DNA of 64,000 nt from Cenarchaeum sp. (GCA_963692915.1 OY843584.1:96001-160000); one strand, 5' to 3'. Shown: positions 29,474-38,913, counted from the stretch's first letter. The notes: generated by a model from the sequence alone, not told the origin. A program made the numbers and translations.

Positions 29474-30282
29474 GCGCATTGAGGCGCGTGTCCTTTCAGG
29501 GCGAGCACGGAGCATACAGCGAGGGCGCGGCCCTTGCGCTGTTTCCTGACGCAAAGACCATTCCATGCGAGTCATTCGCCGCCGCAGCGCATGCGGCCGA
29601 GTCAGGCGATAGCGACTGTGCGCTCATCCCCGTGGAGAACTCGCTGGCCGGAAGCGTCGGGGAGAGCTATGACATACTGCGCACTACTGCGCTGCGCATA
29701 GTCGGCGAGACGTACCACCAGATCAGGCACTGCCTCATTGGGCGCGGATCCCTTGAGGACGTGCGGACAGTCTATTCGCACCCGCAGGCACTGGGCCAGT
29801 GCAGGAGGTTCATCGAGTCGCGCCACATGCGCCGCGTTCCGACATATGACACGGCTGGCAGCGTGCGCATGGTCATGGATATGGGAGACGATGCGGCATG
29901 CATCGCCAGCGCCGAGGCCGCGCGCCTCTGCGGCATGCCAGTCATCATGGAGGAGATTGCCAACGAGCCGCAAAACCACACGCGCTTTGTAGTCCTGTCG
30001 CGCGACGGCGTGCCGCCGGAGGGGGCAAACAAGACGTCCTTTATCGCCTCGATGCGCCACGAGCGCGGCGCGCTCCACGCGCTACTTGGCGTCTTTGAGT
30101 CCCATGGCATCAACCTGACGAGGATCGAGTCGAGGCCAAAGAGGGAGGGCACGTGGGAGTATGACTTTTTCATCGACGCCGAGTGCGATCCTGCGCTCGC
30201 AGCGGCGGCGACTGCAGGCGCCGTGGCCATCACGGCGGGCATAAAGTCACTTGGCTCGTACGTTGCGGCCCGCGCGCCCTAG
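29470..30282 (+). CDS. pheA: Prephenate dehydratase
   Basis: FQGEHGAYSE, PVENSLAGSV, SHPQALGQC, NHTRF, INLTRIESRP. Confidence 0.95.
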   Translation: MSALRRVSFQGEHGAYSEGAALALFPDAKTIPCESFAAAAHAAESGDSDCALIPVENSLAGSVGESYDILRTTALRIVGETYHQIRHCLIGRGSLEDVRTVYSHPQALGQCRRFIESRHMRRVPTYDTAGSVRMVMDMGDDAACIASAEAARLCGMPVIMEEIANEPQNHTRFVVLSRDGVPPEGANKTSFIASMRHERGALHALLGVFESHGINLTRIESRPKREGTWEYDFFIDAECDPALAAAATAGAVAITAGIKSLGSYVAARAP

Positions 30283-30737
30283 AACCCGCGCGGCTTGCGC
30301 TTTCCAAATCCGGCGCTAAAGCCCATGATTATGAGGCCCGATATCATGACAAACGCGTCGTACACCACGAATATCCAGTCAGTCTGCGAGTAGAGCGTAC
30401 CGGCCACGGCGAGCTCGACGCCGCTAGTGACCATTAGCGTTGACCTGCCTGATGGACCATGTGCCCACTCCATGGTGTGGCCTCCCTCGTGCGCCGTGGT
30501 CACCTCGCCGTCCTCCGGGGTGGCGAGTGTGAGCTCAAATGACCCGGCCGTTATGTCCAGGGACTGGACCGTGCCCTCTGGTGCCGTCAGGTCATATGGC
30601 GCAATGAACACGCCAGGCTCGTACACCTCGTCGATTGTGAACTCGCGCAGCCCGAGATTTGAGATGAGCGAGGCCGCACCCAGCGCGAGGACGACGGCCC
30701 CGATTGCGGTGCCCACTATTGCGCGCCTTGATGCCAT
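30279..30737 (-). CDS. Hypothetical membrane protein
   Basis: N- and C-terminal hydrophobic helices; directly follows guaB on the same strand. Confidence 0.75.
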   Translation of the reverse strand: MASRRAIVGTAIGAVVLALGAASLISNLGLREFTIDEVYEPGVFIAPYDLTAPEGTVQSLDITAGSFELTLATPEDGEVTTAHEGGHTMEWAHGPSGRSTLMVTSGVELAVAGTLYSQTDWIFVVYDAFVMISGLIIMGFSAGFGKRKPRGF

Positions 30738-30740
30738 GAA

Positions 30741-32168
30741 TCACACCACCGTGACGTCGTGCGGCTGACTCTCGGCAAAGCCGGCGCGCGACATCCTGAT
30801 AAACTCGGCATTTTTCTGCATCTGCGCAATGTCATGCGCGCCACAGTAGCTCAGTCCGGAGCGCAGCCCGCCGGCAAGCTGCGCGAGTATGTCCGTCACG
30901 CTCCCCTTGTACGGGACGAGGGCCTCGACGCCCTCGGCGACATAGTCGTTGATGTCAACGTCATCGCGGCCCTCCTTTGCGCGCCTGCCCATCGATGCCG
31001 CAAGCGAGGCCATGCCGCGATACACCTTGAACCTCTTTGAGTCCTTTGTGATGACCGTTCCGGGCGACTCGTCGGTTCCGCCGAGCAGCCCGCCTAGCAT
31101 GACTGAGGATGCGCCGGCGGCGAGGGCCTTTGTGACATCACCGGACGTGCGCGTCCCGCCGTCTGATATGACCGGTATGCCGTGCTTGCGGCCGACGGCG
31201 GCGCAGTCAACGACGGCGCTGAGCTGCGGCACGCCCGAGCCGGTGATGACGCGCGTTATGCAGATGGATCCCGAGCCGACGCCGACCTTTACTGCGTCGA
31301 CTCCGGCCTTTATGAGGTCCTCGGCACCGGCCGCAGTCGCCACATTGCCCGCTATTATGTCGGCATTGGGAAACGCCTTTTTGAGGTTGCGAACCGCCGA
31401 GAGCGCGTTCTCGCTGTGACCGTGCGCAATGTCGACGATGATGACGTCAGCGCCTGCTGCCAGGAGCGCCTCGGCGCGGTCCATAAAGTCATCCTTTACG
31501 CCGACTGCAGCGCCCACTAGGGGCCGGCCCTTCTTGTCCTTTGATGCGTCCGGATACGCCTCGGTGTCAAGTATGTCCGTGCTGGTGACGAGGCCTGCCA
31601 CGCGCCCGTCTGCGTCTACTAGGGGGAGCTTTTCTATGCGATTGTCATGCAGCGTGCGCTTTGCCTCCTCGAGGTCGATCCCCGCCCTCCCGGTCACGAC
31701 ATCAGTAGTCATGACGTCGCGCACGAGCGCGTTGCGGTCTGGCGCCAGGACAATGTCGCGCCCCGTTATGATTCCGACAAGCTTTCGCGTCTGCGCGTCA
31801 GTGACGATGAGTCCCGAGACGCCCATGTCGCGCTCGTAGGCCAGCGCGTCGGCGATCGACTGGTCAGGCGAGACGGTGTAGGGGTTTTCGATCATGACGC
31901 TTCCTGACCTCTTTACCTTTAGGATCTCGTCGGCCTGCGTCTCTATGCTCAAAAAGCGGTGGACTATGCCGATCCCGCCCTGGCGTGCCATGATCACTGC
32001 CATCGAGTGCTCGGTGACCGTGTCCATGTTCGCCGAGATGAGCGGCATGTTGATCTCGATGTTGCGCGTCAGGCGCGTTCGCAGGCTCACCTGCGAACGG
32101 CTCGCAATGTCCGAATACTTTGGAACTAGCAGCACGTCATCAAACGTAAGTCCTTCTCTGATCTCCAT
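30741..32168 (-). CDS. guaB: IMP dehydrogenase
   Basis: LTFDDVLLVP, SANMDTVTE, CBS pair, GVGSGSICITR. Confidence 0.97.
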   Translation of the reverse strand: MEIREGLTFDDVLLVPKYSDIASRSQVSLRTRLTRNIEINMPLISANMDTVTEHSMAVIMARQGGIGIVHRFLSIETQADEILKVKRSGSVMIENPYTVSPDQSIADALAYERDMGVSGLIVTDAQTRKLVGIITGRDIVLAPDRNALVRDVMTTDVVTGRAGIDLEEAKRTLHDNRIEKLPLVDADGRVAGLVTSTDILDTEAYPDASKDKKGRPLVGAAVGVKDDFMDRAEALLAAGADVIIVDIAHGHSENALSAVRNLKKAFPNADIIAGNVATAAGAEDLIKAGVDAVKVGVGSGSICITRVITGSGVPQLSAVVDCAAVGRKHGIPVISDGGTRTSGDVTKALAAGASSVMLGGLLGGTDESPGTVITKDSKRFKVYRGMASLAASMGRRAKEGRDDVDINDYVAEGVEALVPYKGSVTDILAQLAGGLRSGLSYCGAHDIAQMQKNAEFIRMSRAGFAESQPHDVTVV

Positions 32169-32292
32169 CTGAAGCCTTGCGCACGCGGCTGCTATTTCGT
32201 TATAAGCTTTTGTGCGTGATCAGGATCCACAGCATCCGCTGGGGGATAAAGAGAAAAAACGACTCCTATCGGAGCCGTAGGTTGGTGTTCCT

Positions 32293-32856
32293 CTATGGGA
32301 TTGACCGACTGTACAGCTTGCCCTCGAGGGCCATCTTGTACATCTCGGCAACATAGGGGTTCTCACCGGGTGTCTCAGCACCGAGCTCGACGAGCCTTGC
32401 ATAGACCCTGACCACGTAGGCCAGTGCGCCCATGAATGCCACGACGACGCCCATGTTGAACATCCAGTGGTTTGGCACCGCAAATATCTCTTCGACGAAC
32501 CAAAAGTGCCACATCTCATTGACCCCTATCGTAAACATCGTGGCGAGATAACCAAGGATGGTCATCTTTAGCCCCGTGTTTATCGAGTTGTTCGGGCCCC
32601 TGAGAACGGGTACCTTTCTGTCGTAGATCGCAGCCGCACCCCAGCCTAGAGGCAGGGCGACAAAGTGCGAATAGAGCCACCAGTGGGCAGGCGTGAACGC
32701 GCTGTCCCTAATTGATGTCTGGTGTAGTGACCCGTCTACAAAGTTGTCCACTTCGACAGATGCTGCGGTGGATCCCATTGCGATTACGATGAGCCAGATT
32801 TTCTTTAGTCTCTGGATCTCGACCTCTTTTGGGATCAATGCCGGCATTTGTGCCAT
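32293..32856 (-). CDS. amoC: Ammonia monooxygenase subunit C (archaeal)
   Basis: MAQMPALIPKEVEIQRLKKIW...DGSLHQTSIRDSAFTPAHWWLYSHF...NEMWHFWFVEEIFAVPNHW. Confidence 0.98.
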   Translation of the reverse strand: MAQMPALIPKEVEIQRLKKIWLIVIAMGSTAASVEVDNFVDGSLHQTSIRDSAFTPAHWWLYSHFVALPLGWGAAAIYDRKVPVLRGPNNSINTGLKMTILGYLATMFTIGVNEMWHFWFVEEIFAVPNHWMFNMGVVVAFMGALAYVVRVYARLVELGAETPGENPYVAEMYKMALEGKLYSRSIP

Positions 32857-32881
32857 TGTTACATACCTATACGTCGATCTC

Positions 32882-32900
32882 CTATAAAAGGAGGGGGTTT
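32882..32900 (-). promoter_or_regulatory. TATA box region for amoC
   Basis: Minus-strand CTTTTATAG about 28 nt upstream of ATG 32856. Confidence 0.6.
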
Positions 32901-33012
32901 TTTGGGCGGGGCTTTTTCTGTGATTTCTATACTGGAACTGTTAATATAGGCAAAATCTCCCATATATGCACAAAATATGTGGCCTTTTGCGAGCGTGTTG
33001 CGGATATGGGGT

Positions 33013-33040
33013 TAATGCTAATCATTAATGATTATCATTA
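33013..33040. promoter_or_regulatory. 28-bp near-perfect AT-rich palindrome (Fur-box-like)
   Basis: TAATGCTAATCATTAATGATTATCATTA is self-complementary at 26 of 28 positions. Function inferred. Confidence 0.45.
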
Positions 33041-33901
33041 GGCGTGAACACTGCCCTGCAACGCCGCCAGCGCCTCGCGCGTCTTGGCCACATTGTGCGT
33101 GCGAATCGCCGCGGCGCCATTGGCCACGGCGACGACCTCGGCGGCCAGCGAGCCGGCCATGCGCTCTCCGGCCTCGGCGCCTCCCATGATGAGCCCCAGG
33201 AAGGACTTGTTTGAGACCGAGACTAGGATCTCTGAGCGTGTGCCTGCGCGCAGCCCCTGCAGCCCACCTAGGACGAGAAGGTCGCGCGCAACCCAGTCCA
33301 TCTCGTTGCGCGTAAAGAGGCTCCCGCGGCCTGTCCTCCTAAAGAAGCCGATGGCCGGATCGATGGCCGTCTGCGAGGCCGGAACGCCACACGAGGCAGC
33401 AGTCCGGAGGCTGTCTGCGAGGAGGCCTGCTGCCTGCGCGACTGGCTCTCCGCCCGCAAGGCGCGTCTCCGAGTGCGCGCAGACTATGAGCGAGGGTGAG
33501 TGGGCCCTGACTGCGTCTCTCATGCGCTCATCATGCCGGAGGCCGGTGATGTCGTTGACTATTGATGCGCCCTCGGAGATAGCCGCCTCGGCCACGCGCC
33601 CCCGGCACGTGTCGACTGATATCGGCACGTCGGTGCTGCGCACGGCCGCACGGACCGCGGCGGCCACGCGTTCGACCTCTGTGCCCTCAGGCACCATCGT
33701 CGCGGCGTACGGCGCGCTTGACATGCCGCCGATGTCTATGATATCGGCGCCCTCGGCCTCCATGCGGGCCGCCGCGCGCGATATTGCCTGCGGCGTGGTA
33801 CTCACCGAGGAGCGCAGGAACGACTCGGGGCTCGCGTTGAGTATGCCGACTATTCTTGTGGGGTTGGAGCCGCCAATGCCGACGCTCCCCAGCCTGATCA
33901 T
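33038..33901 (-). CDS. folP: Dihydropteroate synthase
   Basis: GILNASPESF, DIIDIGGMS, ISVDT, IDPAIGF, SVSNKSF, IRTHNV. Confidence 0.93.
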   Translation of the reverse strand: MIRLGSVGIGGSNPTRIVGILNASPESFLRSSVSTTPQAISRAAARMEAEGADIIDIGGMSSAPYAATMVPEGTEVERVAAAVRAAVRSTDVPISVDTCRGRVAEAAISEGASIVNDITGLRHDERMRDAVRAHSPSLIVCAHSETRLAGGEPVAQAAGLLADSLRTAASCGVPASQTAIDPAIGFFRRTGRGSLFTRNEMDWVARDLLVLGGLQGLRAGTRSEILVSVSNKSFLGLIMGGAEAGERMAGSLAAEVVAVANGAAAIRTHNVAKTREALAALQGSVHA

Positions 33902-33936
33902 AATGGTTTATGAGACGGGCCGATAATTTTAGTGAT

Positions 33937-34680
33937 ATGGTGCTGCGGGGGTGGTATGCGAGGTATGGCGAGATTCTCGCCGAGTTTGGATACAGCAGGG
34001 CGCACGATGCGGCGTCTGCGAGCACCCTGCATGCCATTCTGCGTGGGCGCTCTGCCATGGCTCACCTGCGCCCCCTCGTCTCCTCGCGCGACGTCCTGGT
34101 TCTTGGCGCCGGCCCCTCTGCGCGAGCCGGCGCGGACGTGATGGCAAGGCACCCGCGCGCCACGCGCGTCGTGGCCGATGGCGCTGCAGCCGAGCTCGTG
34201 CGCAGGAGAATGCGCATAGACGTCGTTGTCACCGACCTTGACGGCGACAGTCGTGCGCTGGGAGCCGCGGCCCGCTCGGGCGCAGTCATGGTGGTCCATG
34301 CGCACGGCGACAATGTGGACAGGCTCGACATGGCCGCCGGCTATGCGCGTGTCGTGGCAAGCACGCAGGGTCGCCCTGTGGGGGGCGTACGCAACTTTGG
34401 CGGGTTTACCGACGGGGACAGGTGCGTCTTTATGTCACACGAGCTGCATGCGCGCAGCATTGTGCTCCTCGGGATGGACTTTGGGGGGCGCATTGGCGCA
34501 TACTCGCTCACGACGGCGGCTCACCGCCCGACAAAGCTCAAAAAGCTGCGCCGTGCGCGCGCACTCCTAGAGTGGGCAGCGCCGCAGATGGCGCGACGCA
34601 GCAGGCTCTGCACGGCCTCGGGCAGAGTTGCGGGCTTTGAGAGGGTGTCAACAGCAGACATCTCTGGTATCATGCTGTGA
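33937..34680 (+). CDS. mptE: 6-hydroxymethyl-7,8-dihydropterin pyrophosphokinase MptE
   Basis: GAGPS, VADGA, VVTDLDG, HAHGDN, NFGGFTDGDR; divergent from folP. Confidence 0.9.
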   Translation: MVLRGWYARYGEILAEFGYSRAHDAASASTLHAILRGRSAMAHLRPLVSSRDVLVLGAGPSARAGADVMARHPRATRVVADGAAAELVRRRMRIDVVVTDLDGDSRALGAAARSGAVMVVHAHGDNVDRLDMAAGYARVVASTQGRPVGGVRNFGGFTDGDRCVFMSHELHARSIVLLGMDFGGRIGAYSLTTAAHRPTKLKKLRRARALLEWAAPQMARRSRLCTASGRVAGFERVSTADISGIML

Positions 34681-34810
34681 CTGGCTCTAGTGGGCATGTG
34701 CTGTGTTGCAAGCACACCACGAATGATATTGCTGTCCAGTGTGTTCACACTGGCTCATATTTGGGCAAGTATTGCATTTTGGGCCACAAGATATGCTCGT
34801 CTCTCATTCG

Positions 34811-35044
34811 TCACATGTCCTCACCGGGCGGCGCAAATAGCGGACCCCGATTATCAATTATGAATCCGCCCACCTTTGCACGTTTTCCCCTTGGTATGGG
34901 CAACTGTGCCTCGTCTTCCTCGTCATCGTCATCATTGGCCGGCGTAAATAGCGGGCCACGATCTTCAATTATGAACCCGCTTATCTCCTCGCGTTCTCCA
35001 TTCATCACGCGGCCATCCGTATCGTCTATCTCGTCTGCAGTCAT
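34811..35044 (-). CDS. Small acidic protein with two GFII(E/D)(D/N)RGPLFxP repeats
   Basis: ATG start with TTTTAAAG about 25 nt upstream; the internal repeat is conserved in frame. Confidence 0.6.
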   Translation of the reverse strand: MTADEIDDTDGRVMNGEREEISGFIIEDRGPLFTPANDDDDEEDEAQLPIPRGKRAKVGGFIIDNRGPLFAPPGEDM

Positions 35045-35363
35045 TGGCCACCCTTTGCCTAGTGGACTTTAAAATCCTTGTCCACTATTGGGCTCTGTCC
35101 ACTAATGCGTGTAGGCAGAGAACCCGATGCATTGCACGGCACCAAATTCCTGCCTTGCAGGCTTTGGTCGCATCACGCCGCCATGGTCGTACTGCGTGGC
35201 AATGGCCACATTCGTCACCCAGCGCCAAACAGTAATATCGCGTGGTTGCGACAGCCGACGGCATGAGCGTGCAAAAGACCGGCGACTTGGTTACGGTGAT
35301 GCTGATCGGATGCCGTGATGACGTGGGGACTGGCGACCAACACCGGAAAGGGGGATCACTGCA

Positions 35364-35504
35364 ATGACCGGCGTCGACTGGTGGGAATTTGCCTCGTGGG
35401 TCCTTATCTCATTCTCGTACCCGCTAATACCTGTCTTTTTAGGCCTTAGAATACTGTATCCCTACAGTGATAACAAGCCTCGCCACGCAAAGCCTGACAC
35501 ATGA
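35364..35504 (+). CDS. 46-aa single-TM peptide, copy 1
   Basis: MTGVDWWEFASWVLISFSYPLIPVFLGLRILYPYSDNKPRHAKPDT*; G-rich SD-like sequence upstream. Confidence 0.55.
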   Translation: MTGVDWWEFASWVLISFSYPLIPVFLGLRILYPYSDNKPRHAKPDT

Positions 35505-35524
35505 TTGTGAAGCGTGCCCACGCA

Positions 35525-35640
35525 TGGCACATGACGCGTCTTGCGTATACTGCCTAACGCAGAGCGCGAGATTGGCAGGACAGACTGGCATGATCGCGCC
35601 TATTTGGCCAGGCGGAATTGTGAGGGTGCTGATTCCATAC
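35525..35640. mobile_element. Degenerate MITE-like copy
   Basis: gatcgcgcctatttggcca...ggtgctgattccatac matches the right half and terminal repeat of 49944-50055. Confidence 0.55.
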
Positions 35641-35686
35641 CCCGTACGTCGCGCGCATTTTAATATGCGGGCAGGCACGCCTTGGC

Positions 35687-35923
35687 GTGGGCTCCACTGA
35701 TGAGCGCGTGCTCGATATGCTAGATACTGCGCCCGAGCATACGTGGAGCAGCATTGCCACGCCAGCTTCGTCTCCCAAAAAGCCCAGAGAGCGCGGCACT
35801 GACTCTGCCCCCTCGTGCGATATGCGCAAGGGCGCAAGAGTGATCCACGAGACTGTCATCAAAAATTATGACGACAGACCAAAAGCTGGCAAGTGCCTTC
35901 GAGGTTTCGAGCAGCATGGTTGA
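35687..35923 (+). pseudogene. Internally deleted duplicate of the 36795-37379 gene
   Basis: MGSTDERVLDML vs MESTDERTRDIL; GTDSAPSCDMRKGARVIHETVIKNYDDRPKA vs GADSVITCDIREDAGAIREIVIRNYRDKPRA. Confidence 0.8.
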
Positions 35924-36062
35924 CCTATGGGACGATTTCCTTGTGGGCTTTTTTCAAGGGTTCACGTGCCCGTATTTTGCGTTTTTGTTTGGTCTGTATG
36001 CGCGCGTTGCACGAACCAGGCTGCGCGAGCGTCGACGTCGCATGCGCGGGGAAGGAGCCTAG
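35916..36062 (+). CDS. 48-aa single-TM peptide with Arg-rich tail
   Basis: MVDLWDDFLVGFFQGFTCPYFAFLFGLYARVARTRLRERRRRMRGEGA*; GAGGT about 10 nt upstream. Confidence 0.45.
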   Translation: MVDLWDDFLVGFFQGFTCPYFAFLFGLYARVARTRLRERRRRMRGEGA

Positions 36063-36316
36063 CGGAAACTCTGACGGTACCGGTCACGTGCTCCACACAG
36101 CGCCAAACGGTAATATCATGTGGCTGCAGCAGCCGACGGCACGAACGCCCAAAATACTGTTGACTTGGTTCCGGCTATGCTGATCGGGTACCGCGATGAC
36201 GTGGGAGCCGGTGGCCTACACCGGAGGGAACATGCCTGCCTGTTGCATACGGGCGCAGTTCGAAGAATCTGTGGCCGACTCTGCCTGTGCCGACACTGGC
36301 AAGGAGAACCACTGCA

Positions 36317-36457
36317 ATGACCGGCGTCGACTGGTGGGAATTTGCCTCGTGGGTCCTTATCTCATTCTCGTACCCGCTAATCCCTGTCTTTTTGGGTGCT
36401 AGAATACTGTATCCCTACAGTGATAACAAGCCTCGCCACGCAAAGCCTGACACATGA
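36317..36457 (+). CDS. 46-aa single-TM peptide, copy 2
   Basis: Identical to copy 1 except L28A; AAGGAG about 10 nt upstream. Confidence 0.55.
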   Translation: MTGVDWWEFASWVLISFSYPLIPVFLGARILYPYSDNKPRHAKPDT

Positions 36458-36679
36458 TTGTGAAGCGTGCCCACGCATGGCACATGACGTGTCTTGCGTA
36501 TGTTGCTGAACGCAGAGCGCGAGATTGGCAAGAATCTGGCATCCGCGATCCCAGGGGCGATTATACTCGGGCTTATCATCTACTTGGCTCTTACGCGCAA
36601 GAGTCGACCACACTGACCGACCCTGTTCCGTGCGCCCTCGCCGAACCGGTGGCATGGCGAACCATCACACCACAAGGAC

Positions 36680-36748
36680 TTTGGCAAATGGATCGCGCAT
36701 TATTGCGCTATTTGACCAAATGGAACCGTGGGGGCGCTGACCCCGCAC
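36680..36748. mobile_element. Degenerate MITE-like right half
   Basis: gcgctatttgaccaaatggaaccgtgggggcgctgaccccgcac. Confidence 0.45.
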
Positions 36749-36794
36749 TCCGCCCGCCGCGTGCGTTTTAATATGCGGGCAGGCGCGCCTTGGC

Positions 36795-37379
36795 GTGGAA
36801 TCCACCGACGAGCGCACGCGCGACATACTCGAGATAAGGGAGCACCTCGCCAAGGAGGCCGAGCGATACGAGACTGCACTAGAGTACACGCGGCGCAACA
36901 TTGCAATACTAGACTCGCTCCTCAAAAAGTCAAGCTTTACGAGGGCGTCTGACATCAAGCGCGGGCCTGGTGAGCCGCCGCGCGAGGATGCGGCGCCAGA
37001 AGAGCCTGCCGCAGATGATGCGGGGGCAGACGGCGCGATTCCGATAATGGCCGACTCGGAGACAGTCGCGCACGCGCGAGTCACCCCCGATGAGGTTAGT
37101 GTGGCCATCGCAGACGGCGTGCGCCTGACTGCTGACACGCCCCCGCTGCGCACGTTCTTTGTGGAGAGGATCATCGCCGGAATGAGGGCAAAGGACGACG
37201 CGCGCGCAAAGTCCGGCGAGATTGGTGCTGACTCGGTCATCACTTGTGACATACGCGAGGATGCCGGCGCGATACGCGAGATTGTCATCAGGAACTATCG
37301 CGACAAGCCGAGGGCTGATGAGATAGTCGCATCCGTCTCGTGGTCACTGGCGCGAATGGTGGAAAACTCTGCGGGATGA
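36795..37379 (+). CDS. Hypothetical protein upstream of guaA
   Basis: Genome-typical codon usage, N-terminal coiled coil, TATA upstream, ends 4 nt before guaA. Confidence 0.8.
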   Translation: MESTDERTRDILEIREHLAKEAERYETALEYTRRNIAILDSLLKKSSFTRASDIKRGPGEPPREDAAPEEPAADDAGADGAIPIMADSETVAHARVTPDEVSVAIADGVRLTADTPPLRTFFVERIIAGMRAKDDARAKSGEIGADSVITCDIREDAGAIREIVIRNYRDKPRADEIVASVSWSLARMVENSAG

Positions 37380-37383
37380 CACA

Positions 37384-38907
37384 ATGGACACGATCGCCGT
37401 CCTGGACTTTGGCTCCCAGTACGCGCACCTGATATGCAGGCGAATACGCTCGCTGTCTGTGCGCGCTGACCTAGTTCCGCATGACACTAGCGTCTATGAC
37501 CTGCGCCGTCGCGGCGTGCGCGGCATTGTGCTCTCTGGCGGCCCGTCAAGCGTGTATGACGAGGGCGCACCGCGCCCTGATCCCGCAATATTTTCCATGG
37601 GCGTGCCGATACTCGGCATCTGCTATGGGCACCAGCTAGTCGTCGACGCGTTTGGCGGCCGCGTGCGCCGCGCCAACCGCGAGTATGGCTCCTCCGAGCT
37701 GTCAGTGGACTCGGGCGATGGCCTCCTCGGCGGAATTGGCCCCTCGGTGCGCGCGTGGATGAGCCATGGTGATGAGGCCGAGCGCGTGCCTGACGGATTT
37801 GAGGTCATTGCGCACACGCGCTCCTCGAATGCTGCGGCGATAGCAGACGCGGCACGGTCGGTGTACAGCGTCCAGTTCCACCCCGAGGTCACTCACACCG
37901 AGCGCGGGGCCGACATTCTTGGCAACTTTGCGCTGCGCATATGCTCGGCGAGCGCCGACTGGACGATGGACTCCTTTGTCGAGTCGCAGGTCCGGCGCCT
38001 CTCGTCGATCGAGGGAGGCGTCCTGTGCGGCGTGAGCGGCGGCGTTGACTCTACAGTCGTGGCGGCTCTCCTGCACAGGGCAATCGGTGATCGCCTGCGC
38101 TGCGTCTTTGTCGACAATGGCCTCCTGCGTGAGGGCGAGGCAGACGAGGTTCGCTCAATACTTGCGGGCGCCGGAGTCAAAAACCTCGAGGTCATCGACG
38201 CCTCTGAGCGCTTCCTTGGCCGCCTCGCCGGAATCACCGATCCTGAGAAAAAGCGCCACGCCGTCGGCGACGAGTTTGCGCGCGTCTTCTCCGAGGCCGC
38301 ACAATCCGGTGCGGGATGCAAGTGGCTCGCGCAGGGGACGCTATACCCTGATGTCATAGAGAGCGGCTCAACGCACGGGCCGGCCGATGTCATAAAGTCA
38401 CACCACAATGTCGGCGGACTGCCCAAATGGCTTGGCATGGAGACTATCGAGCCGCTCCGCGAGCTCTACAAGGACGAGGTTCGCCGCGTTGCCGGCATAC
38501 TTGGGCTGCCCGAGCGCGTCATATCGCGCCATCCGTTCCCCGGTCCGGGCCTCTCGGTGCGCGTTATGGGCGAGGCGACGCGCGAAAAGATAGCAATCGC
38601 GCGAAAGGCTAGCGCCATAGTCGAGGCCGAGCTTGCCACAGATAGCCTGACTGCCTCAGTCTGGCAGGCCTATGCGGGCGTCGGCGATGACAGGTCAGTC
38701 GCCGTGATCGGCGACGCGCGCCTCCACGGGCGCGTCGTCATTGTCCGGATTGTAGAGTCGACTGACGCGATGACTGCAGACTGGTCGCGCGTGCCATACG
38801 ACACGCTTGCGCGCATGAGCAACCGCATAACAAACGAGGTCGAGGGCGTGGCGTTGGTGACATATGCGATATCTAGCAAGCCGCCGGCTACAATAGAGCT
38901 AGAGTGA
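37384..38907 (+). CDS. guaA: GMP synthase (glutamine-hydrolysing)
   Basis: LDFGSQY, GICYGHQ, QFHPEV, SGGVDS, IKSHHNVGGLP, KPPATIE. Confidence 0.97.
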   Translation: MDTIAVLDFGSQYAHLICRRIRSLSVRADLVPHDTSVYDLRRRGVRGIVLSGGPSSVYDEGAPRPDPAIFSMGVPILGICYGHQLVVDAFGGRVRRANREYGSSELSVDSGDGLLGGIGPSVRAWMSHGDEAERVPDGFEVIAHTRSSNAAAIADAARSVYSVQFHPEVTHTERGADILGNFALRICSASADWTMDSFVESQVRRLSSIEGGVLCGVSGGVDSTVVAALLHRAIGDRLRCVFVDNGLLREGEADEVRSILAGAGVKNLEVIDASERFLGRLAGITDPEKKRHAVGDEFARVFSEAAQSGAGCKWLAQGTLYPDVIESGSTHGPADVIKSHHNVGGLPKWLGMETIEPLRELYKDEVRRVAGILGLPERVISRHPFPGPGLSVRVMGEATREKIAIARKASAIVEAELATDSLTASVWQAYAGVGDDRSVAVIGDARLHGRVVIVRIVESTDAMTADWSRVPYDTLARMSNRITNEVEGVALVTYAISSKPPATIELE

Positions 38908-38913
38908 GGCTAG

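Larger units (their letters stand above)
35221..36830 (+). repeat. Imperfect segmental direct duplication (~35221-35720 vs ~36099-36830)
   Basis: Near-identical core 35357-35578 vs 36310-36530; both copies end in ttaatatgcgggcaggc.cgccttggcgtgg..tccac.ga.gagcgc. Confidence 0.9.
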
